64,000 bases of DNA, taken from contig OY969695.1 in the NCBI GenBank assembly GCA_963701965.1, positions 1,568,001 through 1,632,000 of the forward strand. Reading direction: 5' to 3'. Shown piece by piece: positions 31,611 to 41,368 of this stretch (position 1 is its first letter; every line of letters begins with the position of its first letter). A model generated the notes under the pieces. The model had not been told where the DNA came from. It was given only the letters and a program-made list of their open reading frames with translations, and ran no database searches. This stretch comes from an uncultured Gemmatimonadales bacterium. Lineage in GTDB: Bacteria; Gemmatimonadota; Gemmatimonadetes; Gemmatimonadales; Gemmatimonadaceae. The position numbers and the translations under genes were made by a program.

Positions 31611-32225
31611 ATGCCGTTGCAATTCGATACCGCGGTGCCCGCCGGCACGCCGCCGGCGGCCTGCGTGGCCTGTCGCCAACCGGTGGGCGAGACCTACTTC
31701 ACCGCTGGAAAATCCGTCGTTTGCGCGCCGTGTAAGACGCGGATAGAGAACGCCCGCCCCACGAGCCCGGGACCCTTGCTGCTCCTCCGGGCGGTCGTGT
31801 GCGGCCTGGCCGGCGCCGCGGCCGGCGCGGTGCTGTATTACGCCATCCTGCGGGCCGGATTCCAGATCGCGTTTGTCGCGATCGCGGTCGGGTTCTTCGT
31901 CGGCCGCGCCATGCAGTTCGGCACGGGGGGCGCCCGAGGCCTCTCGCTCCAGATCATTGGCGTTGTCCTCACGTATGTGGGGATCGCCGCGGGCTACGCG
32001 ACCTGGGGATCGAGCCTGCTCCGCGGAGGGGCGATCGATCGCCTCGTGACGACCCTCGAGCTGCCGGTCCTGCTGGTGCTCGATGACCTACCCGGATCGC
32101 CGCTGACGGCGTTGCTGACGGCCGTCATCATCGGGGTCGGGCTCAGGCAGGCGTGGACGATGAACCGGCCGCTGCGCCGTCCGGCGTTCGAAGGGCCATT
32201 TCGCATGGCGGCTCCCACGGCATGA
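31611..32225 (+). CDS. Membrane protein with N-terminal CxxC...CxxC zinc ribbon
   Basis: Start trimmed to ATG 31611. CVAC...CAPC followed by about 4 TM helices. Confidence 0.7.
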   Translation: MPLQFDTAVPAGTPPAACVACRQPVGETYFTAGKSVVCAPCKTRIENARPTSPGPLLLLRAVVCGLAGAAAGAVLYYAILRAGFQIAFVAIAVGFFVGRAMQFGTGGARGLSLQIIGVVLTYVGIAAGYATWGSSLLRGGAIDRLVTTLELPVLLVLDDLPGSPLTALLTAVIIGVGLRQAWTMNRPLRRPAFEGPFRMAAPTA

Positions 32226-33205
32226 CGTGTGTCCGTTGCGGGACGGAGCTCGCGGCCACGCTGTTGAGCTGCCCGTCGTGTCACGCGCTCGTTCATGCCG
32301 AGACGCTCAAGTCGCTGGCCACCGACGCCGAGTCGGCGGAACGCGCCGGCAATGTCTCCCAGGCGCTGACGCACTGGCGCGCCGCGCTCGACTTGCTGCC
32401 GCCGGGAAGCGAGCAATACACGGCGCTCGCGGCGAAGACATCGGATCTCTCCATCAAAGCCGAGTCGGCGCCGGCCCGGCCGGACGCGCCGGTGTCGCGC
32501 AATCCGCTGAAGCGTGCCTGGGCGGCGATCGTGAGCGGCGTCCTGCTCGTGCTCTCCAAGCTCAAACTGCTCCTGCTCGGCCTCACCAAGCTCGGGACGC
32601 TGTCGACGATGCTGGTCTTCTTCGGCGTCTACTGGAAGCTGTGGGGTTGGCAATTCGCGCTGGGCTTCGTCATCTGTATCTACGTGCACGAGATGGGGCA
32701 CGTCGCGGCGCTCCGCCGGTACGGGATCGCCGCGAGCGCGCCGATGTTCATCCCCGGCCTCGGCGCGCTCGTCCGTCTCAAGCAGTATCCGGCGAGTGCC
32801 CGCCAGGATGCCCGTGTGGGCCTCGCGGGTCCGATCTGGGGCCTCGGCGCGGCGCTGGTCGCCTACGTCGTGTATCTGGCCACGCGCATCCACGTGTGGG
32901 CCGCGATCGCCCAAGTGGCCGCCTTTCTCAATCTGTTCAACCTGATTCCGATCTGGCAGCTCGACGGCGGCCGGGGATTTCGCGCGCTCTCGCGTCTCGA
33001 ACGATGGATCGCCGCCGGTATGTTGTTGGGCGCGTGGCTGCTGACATCCCAGGGCCTGCTGCTGCTCCTCGCGGCCGGCGCCGTCTATCGGGCGATCGGC
33101 ACCGACGCTCCGCGCGAACGCGACTGGGTCACGCTGGGCACGTTCACGGCGCTCATCGCCTGGCTCTCCTGGCTCTCGACGATCCGGGTGCCGACGGGCA
33201 GCTAG
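32222..33205 (+). CDS. Site-2 protease (M50) with N-terminal zinc ribbon
   Basis: ATG 32222 (ATGA overlap). CVRC...CPSC; HEMGH; GLAGP; NLIPIWQLDGG. Confidence 0.9.
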   Translation: MTCVRCGTELAATLLSCPSCHALVHAETLKSLATDAESAERAGNVSQALTHWRAALDLLPPGSEQYTALAAKTSDLSIKAESAPARPDAPVSRNPLKRAWAAIVSGVLLVLSKLKLLLLGLTKLGTLSTMLVFFGVYWKLWGWQFALGFVICIYVHEMGHVAALRRYGIAASAPMFIPGLGALVRLKQYPASARQDARVGLAGPIWGLGAALVAYVVYLATRIHVWAAIAQVAAFLNLFNLIPIWQLDGGRGFRALSRLERWIAAGMLLGAWLLTSQGLLLLLAAGAVYRAIGTDAPRERDWVTLGTFTALIAWLSWLSTIRVPTGS

Positions 33206-33212
33206 GCGGGTG

Positions 33213-33944
33213 TCAGATGTCGCGTTCCACGCGCGACAGCCGGGCATCGATCGCGTGCAACGCGGCCAGAAAGTCGGCCCGCACCGCCGGGACCATGGGA
33301 TTGAATGCCGCCATGTCCTCGAACAGCTCCTCGGAATCGTGACAGACGATGTCGACGATATCCATGAGCGCCTCGAACGTTCGCGTCGATAACATCAAGC
33401 GTTCAATGCCGGCGCGCACCGTCCCCCGCCCGATGAAGTGCGTCAGGAATTGCGTCCGCGCGATCTGCGCATCGTGCTCGACCGGCGTGCAGCGCACGAT
33501 GGTGAGGCCCAGGGTCGTACAGATCTCCTCGACGCGCGCCGCGGCATCGCGGTAGGCGCCAAGGCGGCACACGGCGATGCGCTGACCGGCGCAGCTCCCG
33601 GGGGCCGATTGCTCGCCAAACAAGGGATGCGTGCCCACGATCGGCCGCCCGGGCAGATACCGCTCCAGCAACGCGCACGGGATCATCTTGACCGAGCACA
33701 CGTCCATGACCAGCGTGTCCGCCGCCAGCGCGGCGCGCGTTTCCAGGATTGCCTCTTCCAGATGCCGGATGGGCACGGCGTAGATTACGATCGGCGAGGC
33801 ACACGCCCGCGCGCGCTTCTCCGCGCGCGCGGCGGGCGCATCGGTCGCGTCGGCGCGATGCACGGCGTACCCCACGCGTTCCAGCTGGCCGGCGAAATAG
33901 GCGCCGAAACGTCCGGCGCCAATGATTCCGATGTCTCCGCTCAC
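33213..33944 (-). CDS. tyrA: Prephenate/arogenate dehydrogenase
   Basis: GAGRFG, DVCSVK, THPLFG, EHD. Confidence 0.85.
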   Translation of the reverse strand: MSGDIGIIGAGRFGAYFAGQLERVGYAVHRADATDAPAARAEKRARACASPIVIYAVPIRHLEEAILETRAALAADTLVMDVCSVKMIPCALLERYLPGRPIVGTHPLFGEQSAPGSCAGQRIAVCRLGAYRDAAARVEEICTTLGLTIVRCTPVEHDAQIARTQFLTHFIGRGTVRAGIERLMLSTRTFEALMDIVDIVCHDSEELFEDMAAFNPMVPAVRADFLAALHAIDARLSRVERDI

Positions 33945-34016
33945 GCGCGCCCTCTTGCGCCCGCCACCCGGACTCTGCTCATTAGAGCCCTTCGCACAAC
34001 CTTACCGGAGGTCGTC

Positions 34017-34580
34017 ATGGTCTCTCTCGGCCAACTGTGGCTCCCGATCGTGCTATCCGCCGTGCTGGTGTTCATCAGCAGTGCGCTGCTCCACATGGTA
34101 CTAAAGTACCACAACGCGGACTATCACAAGTTCTCGAACGAAGACGAAGTCCGCGCCGCCATCAGCAAAGGCGCGCCCGCGCCCGGCCAGTACATCATCC
34201 CGTATTGCGCCAGTCCCAAAGACGCCGCCGACCCGGCCATGGCCGAGAAGTTCATCCAAGGTCCGGTGGGCCTGGTCTTCCTCCGCAAGCCCGGACCGAT
34301 GCAGATGGGCCCACAACTCGGCCAGTGGTTCGTCCTCGCGCTCGTCGTCTCCGCATTGACGGCACTCGTCGGCATCCACGCGCTGCCGCCGGGCTCGCCC
34401 TACCGCTTGGTGTTTCACGTGACGGCGCTCACCGGATTCCTCGGCTACGCGATGGCCCGCGCGCAGAGCGCGATCTGGCAGGGCGAACCCTGGAGTGTCA
34501 CACTCAAGACCATGTTCGACGGGCTCATATACGCGATGGTGGCGGCCGGCACGTTCGGCTGGCTCTGGCCCAAAGCGTAG
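34017..34580 (+). CDS. Conserved hypothetical membrane protein
   Basis: Start trimmed to ATG 34017 after GGAGG. About 4 TM helices; ends FGWLWP. Confidence 0.75.
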   Translation: MVSLGQLWLPIVLSAVLVFISSALLHMVLKYHNADYHKFSNEDEVRAAISKGAPAPGQYIIPYCASPKDAADPAMAEKFIQGPVGLVFLRKPGPMQMGPQLGQWFVLALVVSALTALVGIHALPPGSPYRLVFHVTALTGFLGYAMARAQSAIWQGEPWSVTLKTMFDGLIYAMVAAGTFGWLWPKA

Positions 34581-34656
34581 CGCCAACAGTCGGTATCGCT
34601 CGGTTGAAGGATGATGCAGTGTCATCGCATTCACTCCTTCTGCCGAGACAGTTCTG

Positions 34657-35190
34657 ATGCGACTCCTCTCTTTTGCTCTGCCCCTCGCGCTGGCGGGCGT
34701 GTCTCTTCCCGCCGGCGCGCAGGGCATGCAAGGCGGCGGCCCGCGTCCGGGCGTCGAGTTTCTCCTCGCCCATACGGGCTCGCTGCAGTTGACCGACGCG
34801 CAGGTCACGAAGCTGGCGGCGATCGCCCGGCGCGTCGCCGAGCGCCACCGCGCGCTCCGCGCCAGCATGGACTCATTACGGATGCGCCACCGCGCCGGTG
34901 GCGATTCATCGTCGGCGCGCCACCGCGGCGGACCGCCGCCGGCTGCATTTCAGCATGAGCGCGAGGCGGCGCACACGGATCTGCGCGACGCCATCGCCGT
35001 GCTCACGCCGGAACAGCAGGCGACCGCGTGGGAGATGGTGAGCCAACATCATCGGCGCGGCTTCGGCCGGCAACGCCCGATGCGCGGCGGCCGCGGCATG
35101 AGTCCGCAACGCCGGATGCAGGGATTCGAACGGCCGGACGGAGCTGATCCGGGCGACCCAATGGCGCCGGAGTCGGAGCCCGGCGACTGA
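34657..35190 (+). CDS. Spy/CpxP-like periplasmic protein
   Basis: Signal peptide; two LTxxQ motifs (LTDAQ, LTPEQ). Confidence 0.75.
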   Translation: MRLLSFALPLALAGVSLPAGAQGMQGGGPRPGVEFLLAHTGSLQLTDAQVTKLAAIARRVAERHRALRASMDSLRMRHRAGGDSSSARHRGGPPPAAFQHEREAAHTDLRDAIAVLTPEQQATAWEMVSQHHRRGFGRQRPMRGGRGMSPQRRMQGFERPDGADPGDPMAPESEPGD

Positions 35191-35226
35191 GGTAACGCGC
35201 CGGCACGACCCAGATCATATTGCGAT

Positions 35227-36753
35227 GTGATCTGGGTCGCGATTCCCGCCGTGGCGCCAATGGCCCTGGCGCCCTTGGCGGAGCCCGGAGCGACGGCGTG
35301 GTTGCTGGCCGCCTTCGCGATACTCGCGGGCACGGCGGTGGTCCTCGGCCGCGCCACCGAGCGGTTCGGGGTGTCGGTGGTCCTCGTCTTTCTCGCCGTC
35401 GGCATGCTCGCCGGCTCGGAAGGCGTGGGAGGTCTCTACTTCGACAACGCCGCCCTGGCGTTCCGGATCGGCACCATCGCGCTCGTGCTGATCCTGTTCA
35501 ATGGCGGCCTCAACACATCGGCGAATGCCCTGCGGCGCTACGCCGGACCGGCCGCTGCTCTGGCGACCGGCGGCGTGGTGGGCACCGCCGCGCTCACCAG
35601 CGTCGCCGCGCGGGCCCTGGGATTCGACTGGCCGCACGCGATGCTCCTCGGCGCGATCGTGTCGTCGACCGATGCCGCCGCGGTCTTCGCCGCGCTGCGC
35701 GGCAGTGGCATCCAGCTCAAGCGCCGACTCGGCGTCACGCTCGAAGCGGAGTCCGGCGTCAACGACCCGGTCGCCGTGCTGCTCACCACCGTGCTCACCG
35801 CCTATCTCCTGCATCCCGACGCCGTGCTCGGGTGGCCTCTGGCGGGCGAGATCGTCGGCGAGTTCGTCGTCGGCACCGTGGCCGGACTGGCGGTCGGCTT
35901 TGGGGGCCGCTGGCTGCTGCGCCGCGTCAGGCTGCCGGCGAGCGGTCTCTATCCCGTGCTCACCCTGTGCCTGGCGTGCCTGGCGTTCGGCGCCGCGACG
36001 CTCACGCACGGCAGCGGCTTCCTGGCCGTGTACGTCGCTGCCGTCGTGCTGGGCAACGGCGTCATGCCCTATCGCGCCAGCGTCCTCAGAGTCCACGACG
36101 CGCTGGCCTGGCTTGGCCAGGTCGGGATGTTTCTCATCCTCGGCCTCTTGGTATTTCCCGCCCGCCTGATACCGGTCGCGCCGATCGGGTTCGCGCTGGC
36201 GCTCTTTCTGGCGTTCGTCGCCCGCCCGGTCGTCGTCGCCGCCTGTCTCGCGCCCTTTGGATTCCCCTGGCGCGAGATTGTGTACGTCGGATGGGTGGGG
36301 CTTCGCGGAGCGGTCCCCATCGTCCTGTCGCTGATCCCGCTCTTGGCCGGCGCGCCCGAAGCCCAGCGCATGTTCGACGTCGTGTTTTTCGTCGTGGTGG
36401 TGAACGCGCTCATCCCGGGCGGCACCGTGGCGTGGGTGACCCGGCGGCTGGGACTCGAGGCGGATGCCCCGCCCCCGCCGCGCGCCGGCCTCGACATCGA
36501 CGCGCGCGAGCCCATGGATGGGGATCTCCTGTCGTTCTACATCAATGACGCGCTCGCCGTCGCCGGCCGCCACATCGCCGATCTGCCGCTCCCCGCCGCA
36601 TCGGCCGTCACGTTGATCGTCCGGGGTCGAACATTGGTCGCGCCCAAGGGGGTCACGATGCTCCAAACCGGTGACCATGTGTACGTCCTCACCCACCCCG
36701 CAGACCGGGCGTTCATCGAGCTCTTGTTCGGCCGCCCCGAGAGCGAGGCATAG
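35227..36753 (+). CDS. cvrA: Potassium/proton antiporter (CvrA/NhaP2) with TrkA-C domain
   Basis: GMLAGSEG, STDAAAVF, ESGVNDP, WVGLRGAVPI; C-terminal RCK-C domain. Confidence 0.9.
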   Translation: MIWVAIPAVAPMALAPLAEPGATAWLLAAFAILAGTAVVLGRATERFGVSVVLVFLAVGMLAGSEGVGGLYFDNAALAFRIGTIALVLILFNGGLNTSANALRRYAGPAAALATGGVVGTAALTSVAARALGFDWPHAMLLGAIVSSTDAAAVFAALRGSGIQLKRRLGVTLEAESGVNDPVAVLLTTVLTAYLLHPDAVLGWPLAGEIVGEFVVGTVAGLAVGFGGRWLLRRVRLPASGLYPVLTLCLACLAFGAATLTHGSGFLAVYVAAVVLGNGVMPYRASVLRVHDALAWLGQVGMFLILGLLVFPARLIPVAPIGFALALFLAFVARPVVVAACLAPFGFPWREIVYVGWVGLRGAVPIVLSLIPLLAGAPEAQRMFDVVFFVVVVNALIPGGTVAWVTRRLGLEADAPPPPRAGLDIDAREPMDGDLLSFYINDALAVAGRHIADLPLPAASAVTLIVRGRTLVAPKGVTMLQTGDHVYVLTHPADRAFIELLFGRPESEA

Positions 36754-36754
36754 T

Positions 36755-37183
36755 ATGGGCGGGATCCGGCCGTATCGAGCGTCCGATCGGAACGAGTGGC
36801 ACCGCATGCGGACCGCGCTCTGGCCAGAGCAGACGGAGGCCGACATGAATGCCTGGCTCGCCCGCGCCGACGCCACGATCTTCGTGGCCGAGGAAGGGCA
36901 CGCGCGCCTGCGCGGATTCGCCGAAGTCGCCGAGCGGCCGTACGCCAATGGTTGCGACACCAGCCCGGTCGCGTACCTCGAGGGCTGGTACGTCGATCCC
37001 GCCGCGCGGAGGCAGGGTGTCGGCACCGCCCTCGTGCGGGCCGTCGAGTCGTGGGCGCGGTCGCGCGGACACCGCGAACTGGCATCGGACACCGGGTTGG
37101 ACAACCCGGTGTCGCAGGGCGCCCACGAGCGTCTCGGGTTCACCGAGACCGAGCGGCTCGTGCTCTATCGCAAGGCGCTGTAG
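36755..37183 (+). CDS. GNAT acetyltransferase, AAC(6')-I-like
   Basis: ATG 36755. W..MR.ALWP, YANGCDTSPVAYLEGWYV, RRQGVG, ELASD, H..LGF.E. Confidence 0.85.
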   Translation: MGGIRPYRASDRNEWHRMRTALWPEQTEADMNAWLARADATIFVAEEGHARLRGFAEVAERPYANGCDTSPVAYLEGWYVDPAARRQGVGTALVRAVESWARSRGHRELASDTGLDNPVSQGAHERLGFTETERLVLYRKAL

Positions 37184-37191
37184 TATATCGC

Positions 37192-38013
37192 ATGCAACTC
37201 CTCCACTGGCTCGTGGCGTGCTGCCTCGCATTCGCCCCGCCGAGCTACGACGTCTATGCCGTGCGCTTCGCCGGCTATCACGACTTCCCGCTCGCCGCGC
37301 TCCTCTCCGGCGCCGACACGGTGCGACGCCAGGATCTCGCGTTCATGGTCTGGCTCATGAAGGGGCCAAACGGGCGGACGGTGCTGCTCGACGCCGGGTT
37401 CCATCACCCGGAGGTCTACCGTCGATGGCACCTCGCCGATTTCGAGACGCCGGCCGCGGCGCTCGGGAAACTCGGCGTCCGCCCGGAGGACGTCACTGAC
37501 GTCGTGATCTCCCATATCCACTGGGACCATCTCGACGGCGTCGATCTCTTTCCCAAGGCCCGCGTGTGGATTCAGCGCGACGAGTATCGCCACTACGTCG
37601 GCGCCGACGGGAAGCCGCTGGATCGCACGATCGACACCCTCAATGCCCGCGTGCTCGCCGGACTCTATGGCGCCGGCCGCGTCAGCCTGGTCGACGGCGA
37701 TGGCCGCGAGATCATACCCGGCATCACCGTCTATACCGGCGGGCGCCACACGTTCGCGTCGCAGTACGTCGGCGTGCACACCACGGCCGGCACCGTCGTG
37801 CTGGCGTCGGACAACGCCTATCTCTACGCCAACCTCGCCACCCACACGCCCATCGCCCAGACGTTCGCGCCCGGCGACACGACGTCCAACCGTCAGGCGC
37901 AGGAGCGCATGGAACACATCGCGACCGACCCGCGACTCATCATCCCGGGGCACGACCCGATGATCTTCGCGCGTTTCCCCACGCCTGGCGACGGCGTGGC
38001 GCATATTCAGTAA
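37192..38013 (+). CDS. Metallo-beta-lactamase fold protein, N-acyl homoserine lactonase family
   Basis: ATG 37192. LLDAG, SHIHWDH, GRHT, LASD, IPGHD. Confidence 0.85.
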   Translation: MQLLHWLVACCLAFAPPSYDVYAVRFAGYHDFPLAALLSGADTVRRQDLAFMVWLMKGPNGRTVLLDAGFHHPEVYRRWHLADFETPAAALGKLGVRPEDVTDVVISHIHWDHLDGVDLFPKARVWIQRDEYRHYVGADGKPLDRTIDTLNARVLAGLYGAGRVSLVDGDGREIIPGITVYTGGRHTFASQYVGVHTTAGTVVLASDNAYLYANLATHTPIAQTFAPGDTTSNRQAQERMEHIATDPRLIIPGHDPMIFARFPTPGDGVAHIQ

Positions 38014-38022
38014 CGCCGCGCC

Positions 38023-40659
38023 TTATTCCAGTCGGAGGGCAGTCACGGGATCGATGGCCGCGGCGCGGCGCGCGGCGAGCCAACAGGCGCCCAGCGCCGC
38101 GAACAACAGAATGCCCGTGACCGCCGCGATCGTCGGCGGATCCGTGGCCCGCACCGCGAACAGGGCCGACGCGAGCCACCGCGTACCGGAGAGCGCCACG
38201 GCGAGGCCGGCGGCCGCGCCCGCCAGCGCGTACGCCATGCCGCCCCACACGATCATGCCGACCACGCTCTCCCGCTGCGCGCCGAGCGCCATGCGCACAC
38301 CGATCTCGCGGCGCCGCGCGCTCACACTGTACGACAGCATGCCAAAGATCCCGACCGCGGCCAACGCCAGCGCGGCGACGGCGAAGCCGCCGAGGAGCGC
38401 CGCGTAGTGCCGCGGCTGAACGACGGACGCCGATAGGCGCTCCTCCATCGGCGCCGCGTCGTCGAGCGGCACGCCAGGGTCTACCGAACGCAGCGCGTCC
38501 TGCACCTGCCGCGTGACATTCTCCGGCGAGCCGGCCGTGCGCACGAACACGCTGATCGCTTGCGGCCATCCTTGGCTGACGGGTGCGTAGATGGCGTCGC
38601 CACCTTCGTTGAGTCCCTGGACCTTGATGTCACCAACGACGCCGACGACCGTCGTCGGCGGACAGGTCAGACATCCGCCGGAGATGAACCGCCGTCCCAC
38701 GGCGCGTTCGCCCGGATAGAAGCGCGTGGCCCAGGCCCGGCTGACCACGACGACCGGCGGCGCCGTCCCGCTGTCCGCCGGCGTGAACAACCGGCCCTCG
38801 AGCAGCGGAACGCCCATGGTCGCGAAGTACTCCGACGTCGAGGCGATCCACGGGGCCACTGGCTGGGCGCCGCCCGGCGGGACCGGCCGATCGAGCAGGT
38901 CGAAATTGTTCAAGTTGAGATCCGTCTCTCTCGGCGGGATTACTTCATTGAGGCCCGCGCTGGTGACGCCGGGGACGGCCCGGACCACCGGCAGGGCCCG
39001 CGCCCAATACGCCCCGATCGTCGTGTCGTTCGCGTAGCGCGCGCCCGGCAGCCCGACGCGCACGACCAACAAGTGATGCGGGTCGAACCCGGGGGTCACG
39101 CGCATCAGCCGCACGAAGCTGTTGAGCATGAGACCGGCTCCGGCCAGGAGCGGCAGGGTGAGCGCGAACTGCGCGATCACGAATGCGCCGCGGATGGCGT
39201 GCGCACGCCGGCCGCCGACGAGTCGGCTCCCTTGGGTCTCCGCGCTGGAGGAGCCGCCTTTGAGCAAGAGGGCAATCGGCGACGCGCCGACGATCGCGCC
39301 CACGAGCAGCGCCGTCGCGCCCGCGAACGCGACCATGGTCAGATCGGGTCGTGCATCGGCGAGTCGCGCGACGTGGGGGCCGAACGCGATCAGGAGCCGA
39401 AGACCAATCGCGGCCGCGGCGAGCCCGACGAGCGATCCGACGCCGGCGACGATGACGCTTTCGGTGATGAGCAGGCGGGCCAGCCGCGTTCGCGTGCCCC
39501 CCAGCACGGCGCGCACCGTGATCTCGCGCCAGCGGCCGGTGGCGCGCACCAGCGTAAGGCTGGCAACGTTGGCCACGGCGACCAAGAGGACCAGCGCGAC
39601 GGCGGCCGCGAACACCGCCAGCGTGCGGCTGGCGTCACCGATCATGATTTGCCGCAGCGGCCGCGGGGCGAGCCGCGCCGTGCGATCCTGAAAGCCCGCT
39701 GACCACAGGGGGAAGAGGCGCTGGCTCAAGCCTGTGAGGTCGCGGCTCGCCCCGTCCAGCGTCACCCCATCGCCGAGGCGGCCGATGCCGATCAACAGAA
39801 ACGGTCCGCGCCGGGCCGGCGTCGCCAGTTGGAGCGCCGGCCAGATCTGGCTCCGCAGCCGGCCGAGCTCCGTCCGTCCCGGCGCTAGCACACCGACGAC
39901 CGTGTAGGTCTTGCCGTCGATGACCAGGGGGCGTCCGAGCGCGGGCGCGGCTCCGCCGAACGTCCGGGTCGCGTACTGATCGCCAATGACCGCGACGGGC
40001 GGTGCGCCCAGCCGCTCATCGTCGGGGTCGATGGCGCGGCCGCGCGCGGGCGCCACGCCGAGCGCGCGAAAGATCCCGGACGTGACGAACCCCAGGTCCA
40101 CGCGCGCCGGCTCGCCGCCCGGCGCCATTACGGTCACCGTACCCGCTTCTTCGACGCCCACGGACGAGAAGCTGTGCTGCTGGGCTTCGAGGGCGCGATA
40201 GTCCACGGTCGACAGGTGCCAGCGCACGCCAGGGGTGGCGTTTTCCAGGGCGATATCGGTCAGACGCTCGTCGTGGGGATAGGGAAGGCTCGTCAAGAGC
40301 ACGGCGTGGATAGCGCCGAAGATCGTGGTGCAGGCGCCGATCCCCAGCGCCAGGACCAATACGGCCGAGACGGAGTACGCCGGACTCTTGCGCAGACTGC
40401 GCGCCGCGTAGCGCACATCCTGCCACAACTCCTCGACCCACCGCACCCGGCGCGCGTCGCGATGCGCTTCCTTGTACCGCTCGACGCCGCCGAACGCGAG
40501 TCGGGCCTGACGTCGCGCTTCGCCCGTGGTGAGCCCTTGGGCGCGCGCGAGGGCGTCCGCTTCCAACTGGAGATGCAGCTGCATCTCTTCGTCCAGATCA
40601 TGATCGAGCGCCGCGCCGTCCCGGAGCGCGCGCAGCCGACGCCGCCACTGGCGCATCAT
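38023..40659 (-). CDS. ADOP-family duplicated ABC permease (MacB/FtsX domains)
   Basis: ATG 40659 overlaps the padR stop. LDEEMQLHL, QDVRYAARSL, LALGIGA, RRREIGVRMALGA, ARRAAAIDP. Confidence 0.92.
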   Translation of the reverse strand: MMRQWRRRLRALRDGAALDHDLDEEMQLHLQLEADALARAQGLTTGEARRQARLAFGGVERYKEAHRDARRVRWVEELWQDVRYAARSLRKSPAYSVSAVLVLALGIGACTTIFGAIHAVLLTSLPYPHDERLTDIALENATPGVRWHLSTVDYRALEAQQHSFSSVGVEEAGTVTVMAPGGEPARVDLGFVTSGIFRALGVAPARGRAIDPDDERLGAPPVAVIGDQYATRTFGGAAPALGRPLVIDGKTYTVVGVLAPGRTELGRLRSQIWPALQLATPARRGPFLLIGIGRLGDGVTLDGASRDLTGLSQRLFPLWSAGFQDRTARLAPRPLRQIMIGDASRTLAVFAAAVALVLLVAVANVASLTLVRATGRWREITVRAVLGGTRTRLARLLITESVIVAGVGSLVGLAAAAIGLRLLIAFGPHVARLADARPDLTMVAFAGATALLVGAIVGASPIALLLKGGSSSAETQGSRLVGGRRAHAIRGAFVIAQFALTLPLLAGAGLMLNSFVRLMRVTPGFDPHHLLVVRVGLPGARYANDTTIGAYWARALPVVRAVPGVTSAGLNEVIPPRETDLNLNNFDLLDRPVPPGGAQPVAPWIASTSEYFATMGVPLLEGRLFTPADSGTAPPVVVVSRAWATRFYPGERAVGRRFISGGCLTCPPTTVVGVVGDIKVQGLNEGGDAIYAPVSQGWPQAISVFVRTAGSPENVTRQVQDALRSVDPGVPLDDAAPMEERLSASVVQPRHYAALLGGFAVAALALAAVGIFGMLSYSVSARRREIGVRMALGAQRESVVGMIVWGGMAYALAGAAAGLAVALSGTRWLASALFAVRATDPPTIAAVTGILLFAALGACWLAARRAAAIDPVTALRLE

Positions 40660-40982
40660 GCGGTCAGCACCTGCTCGACGGCCGAGGAGAACAACCGCCA
40701 TTGCGAACGCTCGGTGGCGAATTGTTTCCGGCCGTCGGCCGTCAGCGCATAGAACTTGGCGCGCCGGCCGGCCGGCCCTGTCCCCCACTCGGCGGCGATC
40801 CACCCCCGATCTTCCAGGCGATAGAGGGCGGGGTAGAGACTCCCCTGGCCCACGGCCAGAATGTCGTTGGAGAGATCCCGCAGCCGCTTGGAGATGCCCC
40901 ATCCATGCAGCGGCCCGAGCACGAGAGCTTTGAGGATCAGGAGATCCAGTGTGCCCTGGAGCAATTCGGCGCGTTGTGCCAT
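40656..40982 (-). CDS. PadR-family transcriptional regulator (acidobacterial type)
   Basis: Start trimmed to ATG 40982. LLQGTLDLLILK, HGWGI, GSLYPALYRLE, RRAKFYALT. Confidence 0.93.
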   Translation of the reverse strand: MAQRAELLQGTLDLLILKALVLGPLHGWGISKRLRDLSNDILAVGQGSLYPALYRLEDRGWIAAEWGTGPAGRRAKFYALTADGRKQFATERSQWRLFSSAVEQVLTA

Positions 40983-40987
40983 ACCTC

Positions 40988-41017
40988 GACAATCGACAAT
41001 GTATTGTCGATTGTCAA
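40988..41017. promoter_or_regulatory. Inverted repeat, probable PadR autoregulatory operator
   Basis: GACAATCGACAAT-GT-ATTGTCGATTGTC (perfect 13-bp arms) 5 nt upstream of the padR ATG; overlaps a minus-strand TTGACA (41017-41012). Confidence 0.75.
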
Positions 41018-41128
41018 GGTATGTGCGCTCACGGGACGCCGCGTCCCACCAGCGAACAACGGTTCGACGTAACTCGTTGATGCACAACATTGAGCTGCCG
41101 GCACGGCTTTTGGTTGTGTCTGGCTGTC

Positions 41129-41364
41129 ATGCAGACATTCCTGCAGGACATCCGCCTCGGGGCGCGACGGCTCGCCCGTAGTCCCGGCTTCACGACGGTC
41201 GCTCGCGACTGCTGCGCGGGCTCCTCTTCGGCGTCGCGCCAACGGACGTGCCGACCCTCGCCGCCACGTGCGTGCTCGTCATAGCGGCAAGCGTCGCGGC
41301 GACCTGGATCCCGGCGTGGCGCGCCGCCCGGATTGACCCGATCCAGGCGCTGCGCGCCGACTAA
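41129..41364 (+). pseudogene. ADOP permease remnant with large internal deletion
   Basis: N-terminus MQTFLQDIRLGARRLARSPGFTTV is joined out of frame (~41202) to the C-terminus SRLLRGLLFGVAPTD...PAWRAARIDPIQALRAD*. Confidence 0.85.
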
Positions 41365-41368
41365 CCAC

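Noticed and set aside
36755..37200. aac(6')-like gene as an integron cassette
   Set aside because: No room for an attC (8-bp gap downstream), no integrase, and composition matches its neighbours.
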